64,000 bases of DNA from positions 26,288,001 through 26,352,000 of the forward strand of contig OZ024746.1 of assembly GCA_964016885.1 (NCBI GenBank). The letters run 5' to 3'. Below, piece by piece: positions 37,816-51,697 of the stretch. The DNA is from Eledone cirrhosa (taxonomy: Eukaryota). Below the pieces are notes generated by a model, which was given only the letters and a program-made list of their open reading frames with translations, ran no database searches and was not told the DNA's origin. Every line of letters starts with the position of its first letter. Position 1 is the stretch's first letter. The translations under genes and the position numbers were made by a program.

Positions 37816-39057
37816 ATGTTGCTGGTCATTGTCTGCGGGGCGCACCCCAAACACTCCACCCAGAGCCCATCACCGTCTCCCCTTCCTTTCTTCTGTGGCC
37901 CAAGAGTGCTTGCTTTCTCCCTTCTTTTCCTTTCATTTATGGCATTTATAGTCCTTTCCTCTACTTTCCCAAACAGCCAGATCTGCCCTTCTTTACCCCT
38001 TCTCCCTTTTCTCATTATTTAATTTTGTTATCTTTCTTTTTCACATTAATGCAATTATCAATGGTTTTTAAGCTAACTTTGAGTGAAACATATTGAGAAT
38101 AAACATTTATTTTTTTAAATCAAATGTTAAAAACAACGTATTAGAGGTGTGTATATATGTATGTATATGTAAACAATGTTAGACATGTGACTGTATGTAT
38201 ACACAATATTGTATTAGATGTGTATGTGCGTAACTAAGACCGTCATTTGCCTTAATTAGAACATAAACAAATCGAAACCAAACGTTGGCACGTATTTGTG
38301 AATAACCAATATGTGTATATATATGTATATATAAATATAAATGAAGTAATTCCGTCGGAAAAGTCTAAGAAAAAAGAGTGCTCTATGTAGGTTACAGAGC
38401 TTAATAGTTATGTAATAAACAACATAAGATAATTAAAAATGTGTATATACGTATATATCGGCATATATGTGAACCAATACTGTCGTGTTAGAAGTATGTA
38501 TATATACATATGTATCGATATCTATATGTGTGTGAACAAACATTATCGTGCTAGAAGTGTGTGTGTGTGTATACACCTAGTATCGGCATATACCGTATGT
38601 ATATATGTATCGGTATCTATGTATATGTGAACAAACTATTGCGCTAGAACTCTGTGTGTGTGTGTGTATGTATCTATGTGTGTATATATATAGGCATGTA
38701 TGTATATGTGAATATATAAGTGTTTCGAAAGGAATTACAACCAACTCAATAAAGTGTTAAATATTTAATTAATAATACATAAAATTGTCTACACCTGACT
38801 ATAATGCTAATATTCCTCCCGTGTTACATTCTATAATAAAATATTGATGATGCCTCCAAAACTATGGAATTATTTAGAATTGTATCAGAATATGATAAAG
38901 AATGTACTAAAAGGGGCAATTACTTAATTCTGTCGCAGAAGTCAAGATTGTCTGATTTATTTATTCGAGAGAATGGATGAAAAACGAGAAATGGTTTTTA
39001 TAATGACAGCCGACTGAATACGCACATGTGTTTTTCTCTCCCCCACCCTTCTATTTA

Positions 39058-39093
39058 TCTTCAAATAAAGGACTAGTATCCGAAACGTTAAGA
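39058..39093 (+). ncRNA. Hammerhead family A copy 3 (5' core decayed)
   Basis: tctt-caaataa-aggactagtatcc-GAAACGTT-aaga; flanks match copies 1 and 2. Confidence 0.5.
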
Positions 39094-39969
39094 CACTCTT
39101 CCTACTATTTCAAGCGTTAAACTAATATATTTCTGTCATTTGTTTAGTTATTTCTGTTTACCTTTTACATACACACATATATATATATGTGCACACATAT
39201 ATATATATGTGTGTGTGTTTATGTAACGCAGTACAACCCTGCTTCATGCTCGAGTAATTGGCGACTAAACCGGCTCCTCCGTTAGACTCTGGTCTGGTGA
39301 GGAGAGTAAATGGAACCCCAGCAGCACACACACACACAAAATACCTCTTAAAAGGGCGGATGAACTCCTCAGAGTCAACGGCCATCCATCTCAATTATGG
39401 GTTAAATAGCCTAACCAACTTGAAATTGGCCAAACGTGGTCAGTACGGATGGCTACACCCTAACATGACCAAAACACTAGGGAGAGGTTTCTCCAACGGG
39501 AGTAAGATGGCCCTGGATTTGAGGAGAGAGAGAGATGTGTAAAATCCCGACCGTGGCGCCAAGCTGTTTCGGCTTGTGAGTATATATATGTGTATATACA
39601 CACACACACATTGTAGGACATATAACAAAAAGCCTGCATACGTTTATTTCGATATAATGCATATAAATAAACAATTTATATATATTTTTTTTTTATCTGG
39701 GAAAAGTCACGCACATTTATTCACACACCACATTTTTGAGGCAAGCCATCAAAAGCGGAATAACTAAGCACCTTCGCCAGGAGCATCATGATACGTCGGT
39801 AAGGTGAGCCACTAACAAGAACCTTGTTGTCAGTGACCCAGCCCCTCCAAACGACTCAAACGCCCAATAAATATAGTTTGCCGGTAATTCCTAGTATTTT
39901 ATTCCCTTTGGGTAATTCCTAGTATTTTATTCCCTTTTATTCCAGTGACCCGTATCGGCTAGTTCCAGA

Positions 39970-40014
<45 letters not shown>

Positions 40015-40086
40015 ATATGTAATTGACGGTCGAGAGAAAGGCGTACTCAATACCGAAGCAGAATTTAAATATTCATTTTATTCCAC

Positions 40087-40117
<31 letters not shown>

Positions 40118-40324
40118 GTGTATATGGTCGGTAGAAGGAAAACTGGAATGAATGAGAGACGAAGAAAGAATGAAAACAAACATTTGTTGAAGTGACTTAC
40201 CGGTGACATGACAGAGATTCCAGGGCACATGTATTATGTTGTATATTATCCAAGCATGTACAGCAAACATTGACACAAGCAAAGCTTCCTACATTGTGCA
40301 CTTAGCTATACATATATAAATATA

Positions 40325-40372
<48 letters not shown>

Positions 40373-40889
40373 GTATGTGTAGAACAGACACACGTATGTG
40401 ACTATACTATGTAGTATACTTCTCTCACTGATATTATATACATATATATCGTAATAAACACGCATGTATCATATATAAATGTGTATGTATGTATATATTT
40501 CTTTAGTTATATATAGTATAAACACGTGTTCGTCAAATATATATATATTGTATGTATATTTTACCTTAATTATATAGAGTATAATAAACGTATGCGTGTG
40601 TGTAATATAGACACAGTGTATGTGTGTGTATGTATATTATAGAGTATATATATTCATATATGTGCGTGTATATGTTTGCGTTATATTTACACTTTTTATG
40701 AAGTTGTTATTGAAACAGTTGCCGGAAGTTTCTGGGTTCAACAGAGCATGCGCGCGGGATGCTGGCTCAGCATCATTTATTTTTTATTCTTTAATCTTTA
40801 TATTAATTTAGTAATTCCTTCCATTAGACTGGGGCCATGCTAAAGCACCACATATTGAAAGGATTTAGTTTATCGTATTGACCCCAGTA

Positions 40890-41185
40890 GTTGTTGTTGG
40901 TGATGGTAGTGATGGTGGTTGCGGTAGTGGTTATGATGATGATGGTGGTGGAGGCAGACGGGTGTCATGGTGATGATGGTGGTTGTGGTGGTGGTAGTGA
41001 TGGTGTGGTAGTGGTGATAGTGGTGTTGGCAATGGTGATGATGATGGTGGTGGTGGATGGTGGTGATGTAGTAGAGGTGGGGGTGATGTGGTGGAGATGT
41101 AGTAGAGGTGGGGGTGATGTGGTGGAGAGGGTGATGGTGAGGTGATGATAGTGATGATGGTGGTGATGGTAGTGGTGGTGATGTA
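40890..41185. repeat. (GGT/GAT)n low-complexity tract
   Basis: Triplet runs. Confidence 0.9.
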
Positions 41186-41274
41186 GAAGAGTTGGGGTAA
41201 GGATGTGAGGGTGTGACAGGATTCCAAACTTTTTCCCTATCCCCACTGTCCTCATCATCACACATCATGGCTAA

Positions 41275-44200
41275 TAATAAGGGTGTTTGTCACATACCAG
41301 GTAATATGGGTGCCACATACCATGTATAAGTGTTTCCCTCAGTAATATGGGTGCCACATACCATGTATAAGTGTTTCCTTCAGTAATATGGGTGCCACAT
41401 ACCATGTATAAGTGTTTCCCTCAGTAATATGAGTGCCACATACCATGTATAAGTGTTTCCCTCAGTAATATGGGTGCCACATACCATGTATAAGTGTTTC
41501 CCTCAGTAATATGGGTGCCACATACCATGTATAAGTGTTTCCCTCAGTAATATGGGTGTTACATACCATGTATAAGTGTTTCCCTCAGTAATATGGGTGC
41601 CACATACCATATATAAGTGTTTCCCTCAGTAATATTGGTGCCACATACCATGTAGGAATGTTTCCCTCAGTAATATTGAGTTACATACCATGTATAAGTG
41701 TTTCCCTCAGTAATATGGGTGTCACATACCATATATAAGTGTTTCCCTCAGTAATATTGGTGTTACATACCATGTATAAGTGTTTCCCTCAGTAATATTG
41801 GTGTTACATATGTATAAGTGTTTCCCTCAGTAATATTGGTGTTACATACCATGTATAAGTGTTTCCCTCAGTAATATTGGGGTTACATACCATGTATAAG
41901 TGTTTCCCTCAGTAATATGGGTGTCACATACCATGTATAAGTGTTTCCCTCAGTAATATTGGTGTTACACACCATGTATAAGTGTTTCCCTCAATAATAT
42001 TGGTGTTACATACCATGTATAAGTGTTTCCCTCAGTAATATTGGTGTTACATACCATGTATAAGTGTTTCCCTCAGTAATATTGGTGTTACATACCATGT
42101 ATAAGTGTTTCCCTCAGTAATATTGGTGTCACATACCATGTATAAGTGTTTCCCTCAGTAATATGGGTGTCACATACCATGTATAAGTGTTTCCCTCAGT
42201 AATATTGGTGTCACATACCATGTATAAGTGTTTCCCTCAGTAATATTGGTGTCACATACCATGTATAAGTGTTTCCCTCAGTAATATTGGTGTCACATAC
42301 CATGTATAAGTGTTTCCCTCAGTAATATTGGTGTTACATACCATGTATAAGTGTTTCCCTCAGTAATATGGGTGTCACATACCATGTATAAGTGTTTCCC
42401 TCAGTAATATTGGTGTCACATACCATGTATAAGTGTTTCCCTTAGTAATATAGGTGTTACATACCATGTATAAGTGTTTCCTTCAGTAATATGGGTGTCA
42501 CATACCATGTATAAGTGTTTCCCTCAGTAATATGGGTGTTACATACCATGTATAAGTGTTTCCCTTAGTAATATTGGTGTCACATACCATGTATAAGTGT
42601 TTCCCTCAGTAATATGGGTGCCACATACCATGTATAAGTGTTTCCCTCAGTAATATGGGTGTTACATACCATGTATAAGTGTTTCCCTCAGTAATATGGG
42701 TGCCACATACCATATATAAGTGTTTCCCTCAGTAATATTGGTGTCACATACCATATATAAGTGTTTCCCTCAGTAATATTGGTGTCACATACCATGTATA
42801 AGTGTTTCCCTCAGTAATATGGGTGTAACATACCATGTATAAGTGTTTCCCTCAGTAATATTGGGGTTACATACCATGTATAAGTGTTTCCCTCAGTAAT
42901 ATGGGTGCCACATACCATATATAAGTGTTTCCCTCAGTAATATTGGGGTTACATACCATGTATAAGTGTTTTCCTCAGTAATATTGGTGTTACATACCAT
43001 GTATAAGTGTTTCCCTCAGTAATATTGGTGTTACATACCATGTATAAGTGTTTCCCTCAGTAATATTGGTGTTACATACCATGTATAAGTGTTTCCCTCA
43101 GTAATATTGGGGTTACATACCATGTATAAGTGTTTCCCTCAGTAATATGGGTGTCACATACCATGTATAAGTGTTTCCCTCAGTAATATTGGTGTTACAT
43201 ACCATGTATAAGTGTTTCCCTCAGTAATATTGGTGTTACACACCATGTATAAGTGTTTCCCTCAGTAATATTGGTGTTACATACCATGTATAAGTGTTTC
43301 CCTCAGTAATATTGGTGTTACATACCATGTATAAGTGTTTCCCTCAGTAATATTGGTGTTACATACCATGTATAAGTGTTTCCCTCAGTAATATTGGTGT
43401 CACATACCATGTATAAGTGTTTCCCTCAGTAATATGGGTGTCACATACCATGTATAAGTGTTTCCCTCAGTAATATTGGTGTCACATACCATGTATAAGT
43501 GTTTCCCTCAGTAATATTGGTGTTACATACCATGTATAAGTGTTTCCCTCAGTAATATTGGTGTCACATACCATGTATAAGTGTTTCCCTCAGTAATATT
43601 GGTGTTACATACCATGTATAAGTGTTTCCCTCAGTAATATTGGTGTTACATACCATGTATAAGTGTTTCCCTCAGTAATATAGGTGTCACATACCATGTA
43701 TAAGTGTTTCCCTCAGTAATATGGGTGTCACATACCATGTATAAGTGTTTCCCTCAGTAATATTGGTGTCACATACCATGTATAAGTGTTTCCCTTAGTA
43801 ATATAGGTGTTACATACCATGTATAAGTGTTTCCTTCAGTAATATGGGTGTCACATACCATGTATAAGTGTTTCCCTCAGTAATATGGGTGTTACATACC
43901 ATGTATAAGTGTTTCCCTTAGTAATATTGGTGTCACATACCATGTATAAGTGTTTCCCTCAGTAATATGGGTGTTACATACCATGTATAAGTGTTTCCCT
44001 CAGTAATATTGGTGTCACATACCATGTATAAGTGTTTCCCTCAGTAATATTGGGGTTACATACCATGTATAAGTGTTTCCCTCAGTAATATGGGTGTTAC
44101 ATACCATGTATAAGTGTTTCCCTCAGTAATATTGGTGTCACATACCATGTATAAGTGTTTCCCTCAGTAATATGGGTGTTACATACCATGTATAAGTGTT

Positions 44201-44995
44201 TCCCTCAGTAATATTGGTGTCACATACCATGTATAAGTGTTTCCCTCAGTAATATTGGGGTTACATACCATGTATAAGTGTTTCCCTCAGTAATATGGGT
44301 GTTACATACCATGTATAAGTGTTTCCCTCAGTAATATTGGTGTCACATACCATGTATAAGTGTTTCCCTCAGTAATATGGGTGTTACATACCATGTATAA
44401 GTGTTTCCCTCAGTAATATTGGTGTCACATACCATGTATAAGTGTTTCCCTCAGTAATATGGGTGTTACATACCATGTATAAGTGTTTCCCTCAGTAATA
44501 TTGGTGTTACATACCATGTATAAGTGTTTCCCTCAGTAATATTGGTGTCACATACCATGTATAAGTGTTTCCCTCAGTAATATGGGTGTTACATACCATG
44601 TATAAGTGTTTCCCTCAGTAATATGGGTGTTACATACCATGTATAAGTGTTTCCCTTAGTAATATTGGTGTCACATACCATGTATAAGTGTTTCCCTTAG
44701 TAATATGGGTGTAACATACCATGTATAAGTGTTTCCCTCAGTAATATGGGTGTTACATACCATGTATAAGTGTTTCCCTCAGTAATATGGGTGTTACATA
44801 CCATGTATAAGTGTTTCCCTTAGTAATATTGGTGTCACATACCATGTATAAGTGTTTCCCTCAGTAATATAGGTGCCACATACCATGTATAAGTGTTTCC
44901 CTCAGTAATATGGGTGTTACATACCATGTATAAGTGTTTCCCTCAGTAATATGGGTGTTACATACCATATAGGAATGTTTTCCTTAGCAATAAGG
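41275..44995. repeat. 41-bp satellite array, ~90 copies
   Basis: Unit cagtaatat(g/t)ggtg(t/c)(t/c)acataccatgtataagtgtttccct, homogeneous inside and degenerate at both edges; no unique spacers. Confidence 0.98.
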
Positions 44996-45244
44996 GTACT
45001 AGGTACCCTGTTGCAGTGTGTCTCCAAAGTTATTTCTGAAAAATAATGAGTCATTTAATAAAATATTTATTATGTGGACACAGATACAGCCAAGTGGTTA
45101 AAGTGTTCACTTTGCAACCAGGTGATATTGAGTGGAGTCCCACTCTGCAGTACCTTATGACTAATGTCAGCTGACCAATGGCAAATTATTTCAGAAATAA
45201 TTTTTAACAGATTTAGTGTAAGATATTTTGTTTTGTTAATCTAT

Positions 45245-46065
45245 ACCACCATCATGTTGATTATCACAACCACCACCACCACCACTGTCACCATCACCAC
45301 TGTCACCAACACCACCACTGTCACCATCACCACCACCACCACCATTGTCACCATCACCACTGTCAAAATCACCACCACTACCACTGTCACCATCACCACT
45401 GTCACCACCATCACCACTGTCACACTCACCACCATCACCACTGTCACACTCACCACCACCACCACTGTCACCACCACCACCGACACCACCACCACCGTCA
45501 TCTTCACTACCATCACCACTGTCACCATCACCACCACCACCACCACCACTGTCACCATCACCACTGTCACCACCACCATGATCACCATCACCACCACCAC
45601 CACTGTCACCACCACCACCACCACTGTCACCATCACCACCACCACCACCACTGTCACCATCACCACCACTGTCACCATCACCACTGTCACCACCACCACC
45701 ACCACTGTCACCATCACCACTGTCACCACCACCACCACCATCACCATCACCACCACCACTGTCACCACCATCACCACTGTCACCACCACCACCACTGTCA
45801 CCACCACCACCACTGTCACCATCACCACCACTGTCACCATCACCACTGTCACCACCACCACCACCACTGTCACCATCACCACTGTCACCACCACCACCAC
45901 CACCACCACTGTCACCACCATCACCACTGTCACCACCACCACCACCACTGTCACCATCACCACCACTGTCACCATCACCACCACTGACACCATCACCACT
46001 GTCACCACCACCACCATCACTGTCATCACCACGACCACCACCCCCACCCTAACCACCACCACTAC
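45245..46065. repeat. (ACC/ATC/ACTGTC)n compound repeat
   Basis: Explains the Thr-rich and Val-rich pseudo-ORFs. Confidence 0.95.
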
Positions 46066-46301
46066 ATGTGATAGAGTAGCAGCGCTAAAACAAGGAATTG
46101 ATGAAGTAGCATATTAAATAGCTATTCTATACATTAGAGAATTGGATTTAACAGAGAAAATATCCAAGCTTACAAATAATTGAGATAAAACCATTTGATT
46201 TTATCTGCTTTACCAATGTCTCTATTTAAATCAAATGTTACTATATATAGTAACATGGGTATTATGGTATTATGTTTTAACTCTAAGAATGTTATAGCTG
46301 C

Positions 46302-47165
46302 AGGCATGGCTGTGTGGTTAAGGAGTTTGCTTCACAACCACTTGGTTTCTTGTTCAGTCCTACTGTGTAGCACCTTGGGCAAGTGTCTTCTATTATAGCC
46401 TTGGGTTGATCAATGCCTGGGGAGTGTGGTAGGTGAAAACTGCAGAAACCTGTATATATATATATATATATATATATATGAATAGGGAGACACAAAGCAG
46501 GCTTTGTTAACACATTGGTCCAGCAAACCTAAGATGTAGGTTCATGTCCCATGTACATCAATACTCATCCTTTTTTTCAATTCAGAGAGGGTTTTTTTAA
46601 TCCCAACTAACAGCCTAATTTTATTTAGTCAAATACAGTATAAACACATGTTACTACCTAATTATATGTTTTTTATTGCAGGGGACTTCGATCACCCTGA
46701 GATTGACTGGGAAACCTTTCATTGGCCACCAAGTGCAAATGACTTCCTTGAGCTAGTGCTGAACTCGAACTGGTCCCAAGTATTCACCTCTCCAACAAGA
46801 GGTGACAACACTTTGGATCTACTCTTCACCACTATTCCTGAAACGATCATTAGTGTTACTACTGAGGAACCTTTAGATGACTCTGATCATGCTATGATCA
46901 TTGCCAATCTATCCCTCATGGGCAGTAACAAAAACCACAACCATTTCCAAACTGCTCACTTTGACTGGAAAAAAAGCAGACTGGAACTGTTACTTCACCG
47001 AGTTGCAATGTCCAAACTGGCTTGAGTTCTACGACTCTGTAGATGTCAACACAGTACTCCAGAACATCCTGGCCCAGCTCTATCATCTGATTATGATGCA
47101 AGACTAGGCGATTTCATCACCTATGTCTGTGTTTATGTCTCATAACTTAACGGTTCAATAAAATA
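46302..47165 (+). mobile_element. CORE-like SINE (head 46302-46460, tail remnant 47122-47165) with internal insertions
   Basis: ggcatggctgtgtggttaagg A box, gttcagtcc B box, caccttgggcaagtgtcttc CORE-like motif, internal (TA)n. Confidence 0.75.
46668..47105 (+). pseudogene. AP-endonuclease fragment of a CR1/L2-type LINE
   Basis: IAGDFDHPEIDW, SPTRGDNTLDLLFT and SDHAMI motifs; frameshifted. Confidence 0.85.
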
Positions 47166-47934
47166 AATACATGCCCAAAGTCTTATCTGAAACCACTTCA
47201 ATGGCAAAATAATAAAATAATAAAAGAAAGACAAACTAAAGGAATGTTCTTCAAAATATTACCTACAGCATAAACTATTGTAAAACAGTAGTTTCATTTT
47301 AATGTTGGTGAATCAGCCAGTAGATTGATTGTACATTTTCTGCCTCAATAATCTACTTCTATATTTTGATAAAATGTTATAATTTAGGATAAAATTTGGC
47401 TTTAAAAAAAATTAATAAACTCTTCATAATTTTGGATAAATCTTTTCTTTTAGGCTAGAATCAATGAGATTAATCAAGAAAAAAAGAAGGCAATAATATA
47501 TTTTTCAAGTTCTATCAATTTTTGTACAATAATATGATCTCCTTTCTAGATGTATTTCACTTGGAGAGTGATATTTATCAAATGGCCATAATTCATTCAC
47601 TATCACCTACTTTGGTGACTTCTTCAGACATTTCAATGTAACTGGAATTACATACTGTTCTTTCAATATTGTAGTCCTGTTAACACCATTACCATCACCA
47701 TCACCATCACCATCCCTATTACCATCACCCTCATCATGCCTAGCACCATCATCACCATCACCATCACCATCATCATCACTATCACTATCATCATCATCAC
47801 CATCATTATCATCATCACCATCATTATCACCATCACAGCATACAAGAAAGAGCTTCTACATGCTCAATCAATATGCTAGAAAAAGCAACTATGTTTACCT
47901 CAAATTGATTTAGACATTACCCAAAATGTTAATT

Positions 47935-48113
47935 TACAAGGGTTGGCAGAATAGTTCATAGGCTGACTATGACAGAGTGATGCTAGAGCTGTGAAATCTT
48001 GCATGCATTAATTTCAACTCTTCTTATTAATAACTACATTGTTTCTTTCCAGGGACTATGTTGAAAAATAAACCTCATTTGGTCATTCCATGAGAGTATC
48101 TGCTGACCTTCAT
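47935..48113. mobile_element. mariner-type MITE copy 3
   Basis: Internal sequence matches the 17587 and 22005 copies; right TIR partly deleted. Confidence 0.75.
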
Positions 48114-49831
48114 AATGCACAGTTATAATCCAGAATTTGTTATGAACTCTGTGAAATATCGAGAAACTTTAGAATGAGAAAATGTATTTGAAATAATAAT
48201 TGCTGATAAGAATCAATGAATGTTATTTTAATAATTTGCAACAGCACTGGCTAAGTCTGGGACTGCGAAAGCCATTAAAGTATTACATATATCGTACAGA
48301 GAAAATCTATTATTCATTCAGGCATATTTAAACAGATTGGAAGTAATTCCAATATTAGTTCAGCTCTTCAGACAATATTTGTATCTAGCAATGAAAATTC
48401 AGTTCAGCTGAAGAGGATTGGACAGGTCATCATGGTCTGAAACTAAACAGATCAGAGAACCAAATCTTGCCCATACATTCCAGCTATAGATGTTTAACAT
48501 GGACGCAGCATGGCTGAATGGTTAAGGAACTTGTTTTGCAATCATTAGGTCCTAGAATTGATGTATCATTATCATCATCATAATTGTCATCATCAATCAT
48601 CCTTTAATGTCCATTTTCCATGCTATCAATGATTGGGCTGGTTGTCACAGACTGAATCAGTATTCAAGCAGAGCTACTGACTACTCAGACAAGTCAGGAG
48701 TCTGCCCCTAGCTTACATATATTTTTTGCACCCTACCAAGTGCATCTTATTGTGGCATCAGCACTAGAGAGGTTGTCAAGTATTTTACACAGCTGAGGAG
48801 TCCTCCCGACCTTTAGTTTAGCATGTTTTCTATGGCTGGTTGCCCTTTATGTATATGTGTGTGTGCATGTACATGCTTGTATATGTGCAAGTGTGTGAAA
48901 GTGTGAGAGTGTGAGTATTCATGCCCATGTTTATATCTGTTAATGTCCTGTAACTTAGCAGTGCAACAAAGAGATGGATAAATTATTTACCACATTTGAA
49001 AAACTATGTACTGTAGTTTATATAATTGGTTTTAAGGTTGTACTCCAGCATGGTCACAGTCTAATAAATGAAACCAATAAATAATAAAAGAATAGCATTT
49101 ACTTGTAATGCATCTATCTGGCATATGGCAGATGTAAGTTCAATTCCCACTGGTATCTTTGTTGTTCAACTATATTATACTTAAACCTGCATTGTAAGCA
49201 ACTGACAATAAGATTACATACTTTCAAAATTAAAAATTCATAATACAATTGTTTCTTTGCTTACATCTCCTGGCTGAAAGATAAGGTTTAAAAATGATGG
49301 ATAAGTGATCAATCTTTCTTTGGTATAATGGTAACACAGCTGTTTACCAGATAGCAGATATAAGTTAGATTATCACAGGGATATATATGTCCAACTTGTT
49401 TGACTATTTTATAGTCAAAGCTGCATTGAAGCAGCTTACAATAAGCCAACATACTTCCACTTCTGCTTTACCTTTTCTCCATCTGAAGATAATATAATGA
49501 AATGAACCAATAACTTGCTCCATTCATGATGATTTGTTGACTTGTCTTCTTTGTCAACATCTCAATATGTAACTCACAATTGCATTCATGGAAGATGATT
49601 TTAGTGAGCATTTGTGATGGTTATATGGGAGAAATACCTTTTCAATAAGTGTATGAAGATTGTTTTTAGTCTCAAAATTTATTGGTTACATTTGTTCTCC
49701 TCATCATCACCCTCATCGCTCTCGCCATCATCATTATCATCATAATCATCATCAATTCCAAGATAATATTAACTTCCACCTAATACTAGAAAAGTAAAAT
49801 AATTTCTCCATTCTTAAATAGAAATGATATA

Positions 49832-50023
49832 TAACTATTGAAATATATATATAATACAACTATTGAACTATTGAAATATATATATAATACAACTATTGAA
49901 CTATTGAAATATATATATAATACAACTATTGAACTATTGAAATATATATATAATACAACTATTGAACTATTGAAATATATATATAATACAACTATTGAAC
50001 TATTGAAATATATATATAATACA
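49832..50023. repeat. 33-bp tandem repeat (ttgaaatatatatataatacaactattgaacta), ~6 copies
   Basis: Identical units; appears as KYIYNTTIELL repeats in the ORF track. Confidence 0.95.
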
Positions 50024-50060
50024 AGGACGATTTGTTATGCCTTCATTACGTTTATTAATT

Positions 50061-50145
50061 GGTGACGCGCATTTCGCTATTGATCAGCTCAAGGTTCGAT
50101 CTGTATTGATCTGGCTCAACTCTGGAATCAAAAGCTCGTCGGACC
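50061..50145 (-). ncRNA. Type I hammerhead with extended stem II (U4->C variant)
   Basis: Minus strand: ggt-CCGACGA-gcttttgat-[~42 nt]-atcaatagc-GAAA-tgcgcg-TC-acc. Confidence 0.65.
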
Positions 50146-50633
50146 TCGGTTGACAGAATGAACATATAAATCATAGAAATGTCTGTAGCGTTTCACATTC
50201 ATATGGTGGTCATTTTATGTTGTTTTGATTTGGTGGTTTTGCTATAAACAATGTTTTGGCATGTGTGATAGGTGAGGGGGTGAACATAGTGATGAGGTGG
50301 TGGTGGTGGGGAGCGATGGTTGATGTGAGTTGCGGAGGGGGGGGGGGGGGGGGGCTTATCAGACATTTTGGCGTGTACGTGTATGTGGTGAGGTGAAGGT
50401 GCTGTGTGTAGCGTGGATGTGGTAGGGCTGTGCATGATGGGAGATGAAAGGGTGTGATGCTGTACTAAGGGGGGGGGGGTTGCTGGTCATCAGTTTGTCA
50501 CGGAAGAGTGAATGGAAAGGAAGGAGGGGAGACATAAGGGAGATAGGTTATACTAGGCTGGGTTGGAGCTTATTTGTAAGCTGTTTAGACATCGTTAAAG
50601 GGGATTTGTTCTATAAAGAATTAATGAAATAAT

Positions 50634-50818
50634 TGTTTCTACTTTTAGGCACAAGGCCAGCAATTACCCAGTGCATTACTGGTACTTTATTTTATCGACC
50701 CCGTAAGGATGAAAGGCAAAGTCAACCTCGGCGGGATTTGAACTCAGATCGTAAAGGGACGTAACTATGCTGGAAAGCATGGCGTCCGACCCTCTACCGA
50801 TACTGCCAATCCACCGCC
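50634..50818 (-). mobile_element. Full-length young Nin-like tRNA SINE with 19-bp TSD
   Basis: aaagaattaatgaaataat at 50615-50633 and 50819-50837; A box tggcagtatcgg, B box gagttcaaatcc, gcctttcatcc..ggggtcgataaaa core. Confidence 0.92.
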
Positions 50819-51353
50819 AAAGAATTAATGAAATAATGAATTATGGTATGAGGTTAGTGTTTGAAAAGAATACAAAAGAAAAAAAAGATTTTTGAAAAGG
50901 TTGCTAAAATAACTAAGGGTAAAGCCAAGATAACATGCCAGTGCAGTGCATATTGTGTGAAAAGAATATAAAAAAGGAATATAAATATACATGCGTACAC
51001 ATGCACCCAGAGACATACATGCATGCACGCACATCAACACATGGAACAATGTAAATATATACACGCATGCATCACCCCACACAGAAGATACATGGAGCCA
51101 CACGGACATACATTACTAGATACATTTGCTTATGGAAGAACATATGGAATGTCCATATTGGTTATCATGTGTGCCTACACAGTCACAATGCACTCATATG
51201 CATATTATACGAATTATACATAGTTTAGACACATCGTCATGAGCACACATCGTACATATGTCTGCATCTCCACATGTATAAACACTAATGAGATATGCGT
51301 GTTCATAGTCTGGGGGTCCATACAACTATTTTGTTGTACAGGGGTGCAGGCAA

Positions 51354-51394
<41 letters not shown>

Positions 51395-51396
<2 letters not shown>

Positions 51397-51697
51397 AAGT
51401 TATGTTGGTGCCACGCCATCCAGACCGAAACAAATGAGATCGTGTAGGTGTCACGACAAAAAAACACACAGTCCACGCTGTAATGTGGCCGTGTAGGCAA
51501 CACGGTAAAAACCTCCCAGACCCACACTGTAAATGTGGTTGGTGTTAGGAAGGGCATCCAACTGTAGAAAACCTGCCAGACAGTCCTATGCGAGCAAGAC
51601 AATCACTCTTGCCTCAAGTGGGAATACCCCCGTCCAAACCTATGCAAGCGTGGAACACGGACGTTAAACGTTGATGATGATGATGATGATGATGATG
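51395..51697 (+). mobile_element. RTE-tail retroposon, young copy ending in (GAT)n
   Basis: Near-identical to 3638-3885 (reverse). Confidence 0.88.

Noticed and set aside
41275-44995. CRISPR-like regular array
   Set aside because: Contiguous 41-bp monomers with no unique spacers, no cas genes and a eukaryotic context: this is satellite DNA.
45164-46117. 317-aa Thr-rich mucin-like ORF
   Set aside because: Consists almost entirely of an ACC-type microsatellite also open on the opposite strand; the same applies to 18296-19012.
50634-50818. tRNA gene (A and B boxes)
   Set aside because: No cloverleaf; dispersed copies with a TSD and tail show it is a tRNA-derived SINE head.
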